A stretch of 61,487 nucleotides of DNA, counting the filler. It is 4 parts of 4 records of this genome, joined end to end, with 100 filler letters (N's around TTAATTAATTAA, not from the genome) between each part and the next. Parts side by side here need not be neighbours in the genome. Positions count along the whole stretch, not along the records: positions 1 to 25,748 come from SRR20825006_1006; positions 25,849 to 37,736 come from SRR20825006_1011; 2 more parts are not named here. One strand, written 5' to 3'. Both the position numbers and the translations under genes were made by a program. Shown here piece after piece: positions 20,120-29,152 of the stretch (position 1 is its first letter; every line of letters begins with the position of its first letter). The notes beneath the pieces are model-generated. The model made no database searches. It was not told where the DNA came from and worked only from the letters and a program-made list of their open reading frames with translations.

Positions 20120-20916
20120 TGCTGCGGATGAGCGATCTCCACATCACTTTCAATGCTGGTACAGCCACCGAAGTCAAAGCCCTGCGTGGTATAACCACAG
20201 ACATCACCGAGGGTGAATTCGTTACCGTGATCGGCTCCAACGGTGCGGGCAAATCGACGCTGCTATCCACTGTCGTCGGTACAGTAAAACCCGACACCGG
20301 CTCAATCTGGCTGGATACAGATGATGTTACCGCCTGGCCAGCCGCCAAGCGTGCGCGCCATGTGGGCCGGGTATTTCAGGAGCCACGTCTCGGCACTTGC
20401 TCATCGCTTTCGATTGAGGAAAATCTGGCGCTTGCCGCAGCACGCGGCAAGAACCGGGGCCTGCGGCTGGCGCTGGGCAAGAAAGGTCAAAAGCAGATGT
20501 TTGCTGAACATCTGGAAAAACTTGGCCTCGGCTTGGAGCATCGCATGGGAACGCCTATCGGTGCGCTTTCCGGCGGGCAGAGACAGGCTGTGAGCCTGTT
20601 GATGGCAACGCTTCTGCCGATGAAGATCCTCGTTCTCGACGAACATACGGCAGCGCTTGACCCATCAGCAGCACACAAGGTGCTCACACTTTCGGCAGAA
20701 ATTGCTGAGGAACGGAAGCTCACAACGCTGATGGTAACGCATTCCATGCGTGACGCGCTGGATTACGGCACACGTACCTTGATGATGAATGCGGGTCAGA
20801 TCATTCTCGATATCAAAGGTGAAGAACGTTCGAAACTGAAGGTTTCCGACCTTCTGGAGCGCTTTGGCCGTGCGGCGGGCACCGAGATTGATGACGATCA
20901 GATGATGCTGGGATAA
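20119..20916 (+). CDS. ABC transporter ATP-binding protein (COG1101)
   Basis: GSNGAGKST, LSGGQRQ, LDEHTAALDP, VTH. Confidence 0.93.
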   Translation: MLRMSDLHITFNAGTATEVKALRGITTDITEGEFVTVIGSNGAGKSTLLSTVVGTVKPDTGSIWLDTDDVTAWPAAKRARHVGRVFQEPRLGTCSSLSIEENLALAAARGKNRGLRLALGKKGQKQMFAEHLEKLGLGLEHRMGTPIGALSGGQRQAVSLLMATLLPMKILVLDEHTAALDPSAAHKVLTLSAEIAEERKLTTLMVTHSMRDALDYGTRTLMMNAGQIILDIKGEERSKLKVSDLLERFGRAAGTEIDDDQMMLG

Positions 20917-20938
20917 GTCTCCCGGTTTCCCACCTTGT

Positions 20939-20970
20939 AAAAAAGGGCGGCTGACCCAAATCAGCCGCCC
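20939..20970 (-). terminator. Rho-independent terminator downstream of the GH28-GH105 gene
   Basis: GGGCGGCTGA-N6-TCAGCCGCCC with a T6 tail on the minus strand. Confidence 0.75.
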
Positions 20971-21081
20971 AGTCGGGAGGATAGCGCGGTTTAAAACGTC
21001 AGCAGATGGCTTACGCGCAATTTCCATCCGAAGCGCCGCAGACCGAAAATGCAGCGCTGAACTTTGACCGTGGCTACCCGA

Positions 21082-23739
21082 TCAGGCCACCGCCCTGCCC
21101 TTGTCTTTCATGCCCTTGTCTTTCTTCGAAACATTCGTAGCCCGCGTTGCGGCAAGAACTTCGGCAAAGCCCATCATGAAGGGTCCCACGCCCTTGATGT
21201 CATCGGTGCGAATGGCTTCAGTCAGATAGTAGCCCGGCGTCCCGTCACGCACCACGCCGCCAAACGCCCCCAGCCCGGCAACGCAAACGATCTTACCCAA
21301 TACGCGGCGGCCTGTTTCATCCGTTTCAAACGCCTTGCGCACAAGCGCCTCGAAAGCCTTGTCTCCGACTTCGGAATTCACCGCCTCAAGACCGAGACGG
21401 CGGCTCTTCGTGTAAGCATACGCAAGCATCGCTGTGGCCGAACTTTCGGCATAGTTTCCGCCGAGTTCCGGCTTGTCGGTCACCTGAAGCCAGCGACCAT
21501 CCGCCGTTCTCATTTCAGACAATCGTTCGGCCAAAGCTTTCCAACGGCCAATCAGCTGGTTGCGGCTTTCGCCCTCCGGCAGGTTTTCAATAATATCGAC
21601 CAGCGCCATGGCTGCCCAGCCGATCGCCCGCGACCAATGCGCAGGTGCCTGCCCTGTCTGCTTGTCAGCCCACGGCTGAACACGAGCGGAATCGAACGCA
21701 TGACGATAGAGCCTGCTTTCCGGATCATAGGTGACATCCAGTCCGGCGAGCAACTCATCTGCTGCTTCTTTGATCATATGCGGCGCATCAAAAGCCAGCC
21801 CATATTCCAGTTTGAACGGCAACCCCATATAAAGGCCATCGAGCCAGACCTGTTCGGGATAGCGATGCTTGTGCCAATGTGGGCCTTCCTTGGTACGCGG
21901 ATGCTTCGACAGCTGCTCCACCAAGGTCTCGGCGGCCTTCTTGTAACGTGGATCATCGCTTCTCTGCGCGAGCCAGACCAAAGCACGACCGGACAGAACA
22001 TTGTCGATGTTGAAGTCTTCCAGCACGTAACCTGCCATCATACCATTTTCGTCAACCTGAGCATTGACGAGGCGCACCAGATGATCGAACCAACGTTTCT
22101 CACCTGTGACCTCGTACAGTGCGATCAGGCCGCGATACAGGCAACCGTCTTCGTAGCAGAACGGCCCGCCCTTATAGGCATCATAATCGCGGGCATATTC
22201 ATCGCAGTAACGCAAAAGCGCTTGCTGATAGAAAGGTTCAACCGAAGCTTCGCGCTCAAACACGACATTGGTGGCCGTTACCGATGCATTCTCGGCGATA
22301 ATACCACCGTGGCGCACCGGATCGATATTGCAGGCCATAACCGGCGGCTGGGCTTCAGCATGTGGCGCATAGGAGACCGTATAATCCTCGATCGTCACGT
22401 TTTCGATCGGCATTTCCGGCAACCCATAAAATGCAGCAGCAGACGTGTGCACATTGCGCGCAACAACACGGCGCATCGTGATATCCGACATGCGCGGTGT
22501 GACCTCGGAAACCATATCAGGTTCACGCGACTGCACATAATCGGACTTGCCATCGGCATCGCAGAAGTAGAAGGCGTTCATCACGAACGGGCTGATAACA
22601 TTGTCCATCTCGCAATCTTCCATCAGGATTTGCGAAACAAAACCGCCACGCCCGCGCCGTGTCTTGACGCGAAACCCTCGGTCGGTATCGCGCATCTCAC
22701 AGCGCGCGACAGTCACGTTGGAGACCGAACCGCTCATTTCCGAGCCAATGACGACTCCGCCATGGCCGCGCTCCATCAGGCAGTTTTCGATACGGATATT
22801 ACGCGTCGGACCATCAAGACCACCTTTCGGGTCGCGCTTGCCCGCCTTGATGGCAATGCAGTCGTCACCAACCGAGAAATGAATACCGCGCATATAAACA
22901 TTGGTGCAGCATTCCGGGTCAAATCCATCGGTATTGGGTGAATCCGGATCGCTTTCGATTTTTACATCTGCAACCAGCATATCCCTGCTGAAAACCGGAT
23001 GCACCATCCATGCGGGGGAATTGCAGATCGTAACACCGGTCACAGTGATGTTTTCGCAGCCGGACAAAAACAGGGTGCGGGCGCGCCGTGCGCCGTTGCG
23101 GGTTTCCCTAAACCAGCTCCACCAGTCACCACGGTCTCCACCGGCATCGATACGGCCGGGTCCGGTGATGACAATATCGGTCTGATCGATAGCGGTAATG
23201 ATCGAGGCATAGCAGGGCTCGGCGACACCTTCCCAGGTGCCGAGAACGCGGCCATCTTCATGGCGTGCGGGTAGGATTGGATATTGGTCGCGGTCGGTAA
23301 TGCCGTAGAGAACGGCACCTTCTTCAAGATAAACCGCGACACCGCTTTTCAGAAACAGGGGGCCGGTGTTCCAGATGCCTTTGCCAAAGCGAAGTGTTGA
23401 CCCGGCTGGCAGCGTATCAAGCGCGCTCTGGATCGCATTGGCATTATTGGCGCTTTCGATGGAGGCTCCGAACGCGGTGACGTCAGCGAAACGGGTTTCA
23501 CCGGGTGTCGCGAAGGACAGGCTTTCACCACCGATCTCAAGACGATATTCACGCGCGGGATCAAGGTCGAAGACACTGAAGACTGTTTTCGCTGTATATC
23601 CCTTGGCAACCTCTTCTTCGGAAGCCTTGTCGACAAGGCGCCAACCAAGCGAATCCTTCAGGAAATACTTATTCTGTCTCGAAAAGACGGCAAAAGTCAC
23701 CGTCCTCGCCGTCACGGCGAGCAACTCAATGGCAGTCAT
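21082..23739 (-). CDS. Fused GH28 polygalacturonase + GH105 unsaturated (rhamno)galacturonyl hydrolase
   Basis: 885 aa with no stop; GH28 motifs SPNTDG, GDDC, GHG, RVK; GH105 motifs YEDG, FNIDNV, WHK.RYPEQVWLDGLYM, WSRAIGW, ESSATAM; no signal peptide. Confidence 0.9.
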   Translation of the reverse strand: MTAIELLAVTARTVTFAVFSRQNKYFLKDSLGWRLVDKASEEEVAKGYTAKTVFSVFDLDPAREYRLEIGGESLSFATPGETRFADVTAFGASIESANNANAIQSALDTLPAGSTLRFGKGIWNTGPLFLKSGVAVYLEEGAVLYGITDRDQYPILPARHEDGRVLGTWEGVAEPCYASIITAIDQTDIVITGPGRIDAGGDRGDWWSWFRETRNGARRARTLFLSGCENITVTGVTICNSPAWMVHPVFSRDMLVADVKIESDPDSPNTDGFDPECCTNVYMRGIHFSVGDDCIAIKAGKRDPKGGLDGPTRNIRIENCLMERGHGGVVIGSEMSGSVSNVTVARCEMRDTDRGFRVKTRRGRGGFVSQILMEDCEMDNVISPFVMNAFYFCDADGKSDYVQSREPDMVSEVTPRMSDITMRRVVARNVHTSAAAFYGLPEMPIENVTIEDYTVSYAPHAEAQPPVMACNIDPVRHGGIIAENASVTATNVVFEREASVEPFYQQALLRYCDEYARDYDAYKGGPFCYEDGCLYRGLIALYEVTGEKRWFDHLVRLVNAQVDENGMMAGYVLEDFNIDNVLSGRALVWLAQRSDDPRYKKAAETLVEQLSKHPRTKEGPHWHKHRYPEQVWLDGLYMGLPFKLEYGLAFDAPHMIKEAADELLAGLDVTYDPESRLYRHAFDSARVQPWADKQTGQAPAHWSRAIGWAAMALVDIIENLPEGESRNQLIGRWKALAERLSEMRTADGRWLQVTDKPELGGNYAESSATAMLAYAYTKSRRLGLEAVNSEVGDKAFEALVRKAFETDETGRRVLGKIVCVAGLGAFGGVVRDGTPGYYLTEAIRTDDIKGVGPFMMGFAEVLAATRATNVSKKDKGMKDKGRAVA

Positions 23740-23767
23740 AGTCTTCGTCCAATCACGTATGCGGAGG

Positions 23768-23798
23768 AAAGGGCGACGGAAAGCCGCCGCCCCTTTTT
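23768..23798. terminator. Intercistronic hairpin between togB-like and GH28-GH105 genes
   Basis: AAAGGGCGACGG-AAAG-CCGCCGCCCCTTTTT. Confidence 0.5.
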
Positions 23799-23801
23799 GT
23801 G

Positions 23802-25076
23802 CTAGCGGTTCAACCTGTCGATAACATCGTTAACGTTGTAGATGATGTCGTCGGCTGCCGTCTCTGCATCGATCTGGCCATAGGCAAACTGTTCAAGCGT
23901 GTCGCCCACGGCCTGAGCGATCTGCGGGTGCTCGAAATAAGGCGAAATGGTCGGCCCGGTCGCATCCAGAATGATCTGGTGCGCATTCATCTGCTGAGGA
24001 TCCAGGTCACCGCCAGCCTCAAGCAAATCAAGTGCTTTCTTCGAAGCAGGAATGCCGCGGGTTGTACCGAGTATTTCAACGGCACCACCATCATTCAGAA
24101 GGCAGTTCACCACTTCGGCGGCAGCATCCGGATTGTCCGAGTTACGCGAGATCGAGAACAACATGGACGGCTTTCTATAAACACCGTCATTCGTTGCGCC
24201 TTCAGCCAGCGGAATCGTCGAAGCCACGAGTTCCTGACCATCCTGCAACGGGTCCGCGATCTTGAAGTAGGCCGAATCCCAGGCATAGGTGCCTGCGATA
24301 TGACCATCCGACCAATTCGGATTTTCATTCAGAACCAGATTACCGCCAGCGGCCACCTTCGGCCATGGAATGATCACACCTTCATCAGAGAAACGCTTGT
24401 ACATGTTCAGCGCTTCAACCAGTTCATCCATGGAGTAGTTCAGCTCCAGCGTTTCCGGATCGATCATGGTCTTGCCGGTTTTCTGGGTCAGATACGCAGT
24501 CATCAGAAGGCGTGCATCAAGCCCATCCTTGCCTGTCGCTTCGTAAGGATAATAATCCTCACCAAGTTTTTCCTTGAAGACCTTTCCAGCCTCTTCCAGT
24601 TCCACCCATGTTGTCGGCAGATCCAGCCCGGCCTTTTCAAAGGTCGTCTTGTTGAAGAACGGTACGCGCCCGGTAATCGAGAGCGGCAGGCCCTGCAGAT
24701 GGCCACTAACGGTGGACGTGGCCAGCTCGGCGTCGGACCACTGCGACAGATCGATAATGTCGGAGAACTCATTCAGATCGGCAAAACCTTCGCCGGTCGG
24801 TGTGAACAGCGGCAGCCACGGCCAGTTGATCTGCATGATGTCGGCTTCCGTGCCACCGGCAAGCTGCGTGGTGATCTTTTCCTGGTGGCCAGACCAGCCG
24901 GTGAATTCCGGCGAAATCGTGTGACCCAGCTTCTCTCCGCAATATTTCAGCGCTTCCTGGGTGGCCAGATGGCGGCTGTCGCCGCCCCACCAGGACATAC
25001 GCAGATCTGCGGCCTGAACAGCCGAAAGCGAAGTGGCGGCCATCAATCCGGCCAGTACAGTCATCTTCAGTTTCAT
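23802..25076 (-). CDS. togB: Oligogalacturonide ABC transporter substrate-binding protein (TogB-like)
   Basis: Signal peptide; LRMSWWGGDSRH, TQLAGGTEADIMQINWPWL, YRKPSMLFSI; next to a pectinolytic enzyme. Confidence 0.8.
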   Translation of the reverse strand: MKLKMTVLAGLMAATSLSAVQAADLRMSWWGGDSRHLATQEALKYCGEKLGHTISPEFTGWSGHQEKITTQLAGGTEADIMQINWPWLPLFTPTGEGFADLNEFSDIIDLSQWSDAELATSTVSGHLQGLPLSITGRVPFFNKTTFEKAGLDLPTTWVELEEAGKVFKEKLGEDYYPYEATGKDGLDARLLMTAYLTQKTGKTMIDPETLELNYSMDELVEALNMYKRFSDEGVIIPWPKVAAGGNLVLNENPNWSDGHIAGTYAWDSAYFKIADPLQDGQELVASTIPLAEGATNDGVYRKPSMLFSISRNSDNPDAAAEVVNCLLNDGGAVEILGTTRGIPASKKALDLLEAGGDLDPQQMNAHQIILDATGPTISPYFEHPQIAQAVGDTLEQFAYGQIDAETAADDIIYNVNDVIDRLNR

Positions 25077-25108
25077 AGTATCCTCCCTTAAAAGATGATC
25101 GTCGGACG

Positions 25109-25748
25109 TTATGCCGAAAGCGAGATGTTCTCGCCGGTACGGCGGTGGAAAATGTGCATCGCGTTTGCACGCGGTTTGACACGAATCTGCTGATCGCGAA
25201 GGTACTGTCGTTCAACACCTGTTGCCGGAACAACGATGGTAAAAGACTGATCTTCGACCGTGACATACAGAAAGATTTCGTGCCCCATGAACTCGACATG
25301 GGAAATCTGGCCGAGAAGACCTTCGCCTTTTTCCGGATCAACGAGGTCGAAATGCTGCGGACGCACACCGAAGGTAACCTCTGTCGGTGCATCCTTTTCG
25401 ATACGTGCCAGCGTCCTGTCATCGAGCTGAAGCACCTGTGTACCGATCCGGATCGAGCCGTCACTGCCAAGCGTGGCATCACCGATATTCATTTCCGGCG
25501 AGCCGATGAAACCGGCAACGAAAGCATTCGCAGGCTTTTGGTACAGCGTATAGGGATCGGCAACCTGCATGATCCGGCCCTCCTTCATCACGCAGATGCG
25601 GTCTCCCATGGTCATGGCTTCCGTCTGGTCATGCGTGACATAGACAACGGTCGAATGCATACCTTCTTCAAGCAGACGCTTGTGCAGATCGGTGATGCGG
25701 ACACGCATTGATGCACGAAGCTTGGCATCAAGGTTCGACAGCGGTTCG
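25109..25748 (-). CDS. Sugar ABC transporter ATP-binding protein, C-terminal part (TogA/MalK-like), truncated at contig end
   Basis: EPLSNLDAKLRASMR, YVTHDQTEAMTMGDRI, FVAGFIGSPEMN, GVRP. Confidence 0.9.
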
Positions 25749-25848
25749 NNNNNNNNNNNNNNNNNNNNNNNNNNNNNNNNNNNNNNNNNNNNTTAATTAA
25801 TTAANNNNNNNNNNNNNNNNNNNNNNNNNNNNNNNNNNNNNNNNNNNN
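25749..25848. other. Artificial contig linker
   Basis: N44-TTAATTAATTAA-N44, stops in all six frames. Confidence 0.99.
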
Positions 25849-26565
25849 CGGCGGATTGTCGGACTCGATAAGGGCCAAGACTGCCTCGGCAAGTTTCGCA
25901 GGATCGCCGAGTTGCTTACCGCTCTTTTCTTGACGTGCCTCCCTAATCGGACCAAACAGCGCATCGTAGTCCGCAATAGATCTTTCCGTGCGGATCATCG
26001 AACGTCCGGCCCAGTCGGTTCGGAACGAGCCTGGGCAGAGCGTGGTAACGTTTACACCGAATGGCGCCATTTCGGCGCGCATGACCTCGGAGAGGCCCTG
26101 GAGGGCGAACTTGCTGCCGCAGTAGTAGCCAATGCCGGGCATGGTGATCATTCCGCCCATTGAGGTGACGTTGACGATGAAACCGTGACGTCTTTCGCGG
26201 AAACGCGGCAGGAAGGCCTTCGCCACTGCAACCGCACCGAAAACGTTCACATCGAACTGGCGTCGCATCTCTTCTAGCGGCGACTCTTCGAGGATACCCT
26301 CATGGCCGTAGCCGGCATTGTTGATCAGGACGTCCACCGGCCCGTAGTCTGCCTCAGCCTGTTCGACGACATCGGGTATCCGGTCAAATTCTGTAACATC
26401 GCACAGAACAGAGCGGACGGCAGGCAGGCGTTCTGCAAGGCTTGCCCGCAACGCTTCGGAGCGGATGGTGCCGACAACCGTATGGCCCTGTTTGCTGGCT
26501 GCCGTAGCTATGGCAAGACCGAAGCCCGAATTGGCACCCGTAATGAAAAAGGTCTTCTTGGACAT
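25849..26565 (-). CDS. Short-chain dehydrogenase/reductase, 3' truncated
   Basis: ITGANSGFG, NNAGYG, YCGSK. Confidence 0.93.
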
Positions 26566-26633
26566 ACGTGACTTCCTCTCCTTGTGTGATTGTCGTCTTT
26601 GACTGATACTCTCCTGTACGCGATCTGATGAGA

Positions 26634-26667
26634 CCAAATTCTATGACTTCCTTGCCAAATCCTATGA
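26634..26667. promoter_or_regulatory. Tandem direct repeat, candidate AraC-family operator
   Basis: CCAAATTCTATGA (26634) and CCAAATCCTATGA (26655), 21-bp period, between the divergent SDR and AraC genes. Confidence 0.55.
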
Positions 26668-27587
26668 GTGTCGAAAGTGGGCAGGTTGTGCGTGAGCGGC
26701 TGTTGGAGTTGGCCGGACTGCTCGCCGCAGATGAGGGTTACAATCTGACGGGACTTCCAGGCCTTCGCATTCTGAGGACGGAGACGGTGCTTCATGACGT
26801 CCCGGTGCTCTACAAGCCCGGGGCCGTCTTCGTGTTGCAGGGAAGAAAGCAAGGCATGCTGGAAGGCGACGTGTATCTCTACGACGAGGAGCACTATCTA
26901 TCGGTCTCGGTGCCTGTTCCGTTCCGTATGGAATCTGTCGCCAGCGTGGATCGGCCGCTTCTTGCGATTTATGTGGAATTCGATATGCAGTTAGCCGCCG
27001 AGATCGCCTCGGAAATCGAAAAGCGGTCCTCCGGGACGTCGACCGCCAAGGCAAAAAGTCTCGTATCGAGCAAGATGGGACCCGATATCTTGGACGTGTT
27101 GCTGCGTCTGTTGAAAGCCCTGACCAATCCAGTGGAGACTGCGGTGCTGGGCAAAGGCATCTTGTGCGAACTGCATTATCGGGTTCTTGTCGGCCCGCAG
27201 GGTGGGGCGATGATATCGGCGCTACAGCAGAGAGGTACATCCGGGAAAATCGTGCAAAGCCTAGCCCGGCTGCGCGACACGTACCGCTCAGACGTCTCCG
27301 TCGCAGCTCTGGCAAGCGACGCGGGCATGAGCGTTCCGTCCTATCACGCCTATTTCAAGGCGCTTACCGGCAGCAGCCCGATACAATACGTCAAGGCCAT
27401 GCGGCTTCATGAGGCCAGATTGATGATTGCGCGCCAGGACATGACGATCGCGGAAGTCGCTCTCTCGGTTGGCTATGTCAGCCCCGCTCAATTCAGCCGC
27501 GACTTCAAACGGCACTTCCGCCGCACCGCTTCGGAAGAGGCGAATTGGGTCCGCCAGCATCTCGGCGCGCTTGCCTTGGGAGCATAG
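26664..27587 (+). CDS. AraC-family regulator (AraC_N/YqhC type); start uncertain (26628/26643/26664)
   Basis: VLYKPG..FVLQGRK, ELHYRVL.GPQG, SPIQYVKAMRLHEAR, VGYVSPAQFSRDFKR. Confidence 0.92.
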   Translation: MSVESGQVVRERLLELAGLLAADEGYNLTGLPGLRILRTETVLHDVPVLYKPGAVFVLQGRKQGMLEGDVYLYDEEHYLSVSVPVPFRMESVASVDRPLLAIYVEFDMQLAAEIASEIEKRSSGTSTAKAKSLVSSKMGPDILDVLLRLLKALTNPVETAVLGKGILCELHYRVLVGPQGGAMISALQQRGTSGKIVQSLARLRDTYRSDVSVAALASDAGMSVPSYHAYFKALTGSSPIQYVKAMRLHEARLMIARQDMTIAEVALSVGYVSPAQFSRDFKRHFRRTASEEANWVRQHLGALALGA

Positions 27588-27881
27588 GACGATTGTCCGC
27601 AATTGGCGCTCAGGAGACTTGATGCCACAGCGTAGCTATGTCCGCTTTCGGGAGCGCGCGATGACGACCTCTACGACTGAAATGGCGGCACCTTTCGGAC
27701 CGGCAAAAACGGGGCCGTTGCCTGACAGTCCGGTTCTGGAAAGATCCAGTGGTAAAAATGCCGTTCATTAATCGTCACCCGCGCAACAAGACTGAGCCGC
27801 GGTGGGAGAACCTTATGAAATGCATGTCCTTGCTTCTTCAACATATTGGATTAGCTACGGGCGCGGAAGCCTTTCAGTTCT

Positions 27882-29045
27882 TCAGTAGGTCGGGTAAGGA
27901 TCCTTGAAAACGTGCTGGATGGCGATCGCGGCGGCACCTGCTGTCCAGTAGAAGCTGGTATCGTCCGGCACGATGCGCGGGCCTTGTTCGCGGTAGTAGA
28001 AATGATCGAGCGCGGCCTGCATCGGTGCGATAAAGGCCTCGCCGAATGCAGTGCTTTCGCCGCCAAGAACGATCAGCTCTGGGTCGACGACGGTAACCCA
28101 GTTGGCAAGATATCGGCCGATGACGGCGCCGGCTTCTGCGACGAGTGCGCATGCCTCGTCATCGCCGTTCAGCAAAGCCTCGCCGAGGGCGGATTGTCCG
28201 CCCGTTTCAACAAGCCAGCGTTGCTCGAGTGCTGTTGCTGCGTAAAAGGTCTGGAGGCAGCCGCGCCGACCGCATTCGCAGACCGGCCCGTCCTCCTGAT
28301 GAAAAACATGCCCCACCTTGCCTGCGTTTCCGAGGTTGCCACGCCAGACCTGACCATCGATGATGCAGGCGCAGCCAATTCCCTCGCCAACGGCCAGTGC
28401 GCAGAAGGATCCGAGCTTCTGCCCTATGCCGAACAGTGCGTGCGCCAGCCCGTAGGCCAATGTATCGTCTTCGATGAACACCGGAAGCCCAAGGGCTTCG
28501 CGCATCATCGGCCCGATCGGAACATCGTTCCAGCCGAGGCGATGCGAGCGGATACAGATACCCTTGTCTGGATCGACCCTTGCGGGGAGGCTGAGACCGA
28601 CGCCGAGGATCGGACGTTTCGGTCCCTTCTGGCGGCTGACGACTTCATCGACAATCTGTCGCGCGTGGGCAACAACCGTGTCCGGGTTCCCGTCAGGCAG
28701 GTCGATGGAGAGCCTATCCAGCGATCCCATGGCAATATCGGTGAGAAGACAGTCGAGACGACGACTGCTGATCTTGAGGCCGACCGCCAGATGCCCGTTC
28801 TCATTCAGCCTGAGCGGGACCGGTCGGCGACCCGACCGGCTGTCACGGGGTTTTTCCTCGACAAGAAAACCTTCGTCGAGAAGTTCACGGATCACGAAGC
28901 CGACGACTGCGGCCGACAGGCCGGTCTGCGCCGCGATGTCCGCCCGGCTGAGGCCATCGGACCGGCGTATGATGTTCAAAATCATCTGCCTATTGATTGC
29001 CCGCCCGGTTTTCTGGTCGATTTTCTGTGTCTCGCGGCGGTTCAT
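27882..29045 (-). CDS. ROK-family transcriptional repressor
   Basis: N-terminal HTH SRADIAAQTGLS, GRRPV, GNAGKVGH, CECGRRGC. Confidence 0.92.
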   Translation of the reverse strand: MNRRETQKIDQKTGRAINRQMILNIIRRSDGLSRADIAAQTGLSAAVVGFVIRELLDEGFLVEEKPRDSRSGRRPVPLRLNENGHLAVGLKISSRRLDCLLTDIAMGSLDRLSIDLPDGNPDTVVAHARQIVDEVVSRQKGPKRPILGVGLSLPARVDPDKGICIRSHRLGWNDVPIGPMMREALGLPVFIEDDTLAYGLAHALFGIGQKLGSFCALAVGEGIGCACIIDGQVWRGNLGNAGKVGHVFHQEDGPVCECGRRGCLQTFYAATALEQRWLVETGGQSALGEALLNGDDEACALVAEAGAVIGRYLANWVTVVDPELIVLGGESTAFGEAFIAPMQAALDHFYYREQGPRIVPDDTSFYWTAGAAAIAIQHVFKDPYPTY

Positions 29046-29152
29046 CTCTCAATGGCATCCATTTCAACAAGGGCGGCCGCAGAGAGGGGCTGCGACCGCA
29101 AATCGGACCGTGCCGCGGTCGCGCGGCGCGGCTTTGATCGCTATAGCCTATT

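Noticed and set aside
21064-22941. 625-aa plus-strand ORF, and similar long antisense ORFs (856-1893, 23799-25091, 27912-29180, 38351-39562, 48261-49457)
   Set aside because: Each shadows a well-supported gene on the other strand, has no recognisable motifs, and is expected from GC-rich codon bias
25793-25804. TTAATTAATTAA repeated three times in the window
   Set aside because: Artificial six-frame stop linker inside N runs, not a biological repeat or CtrA site
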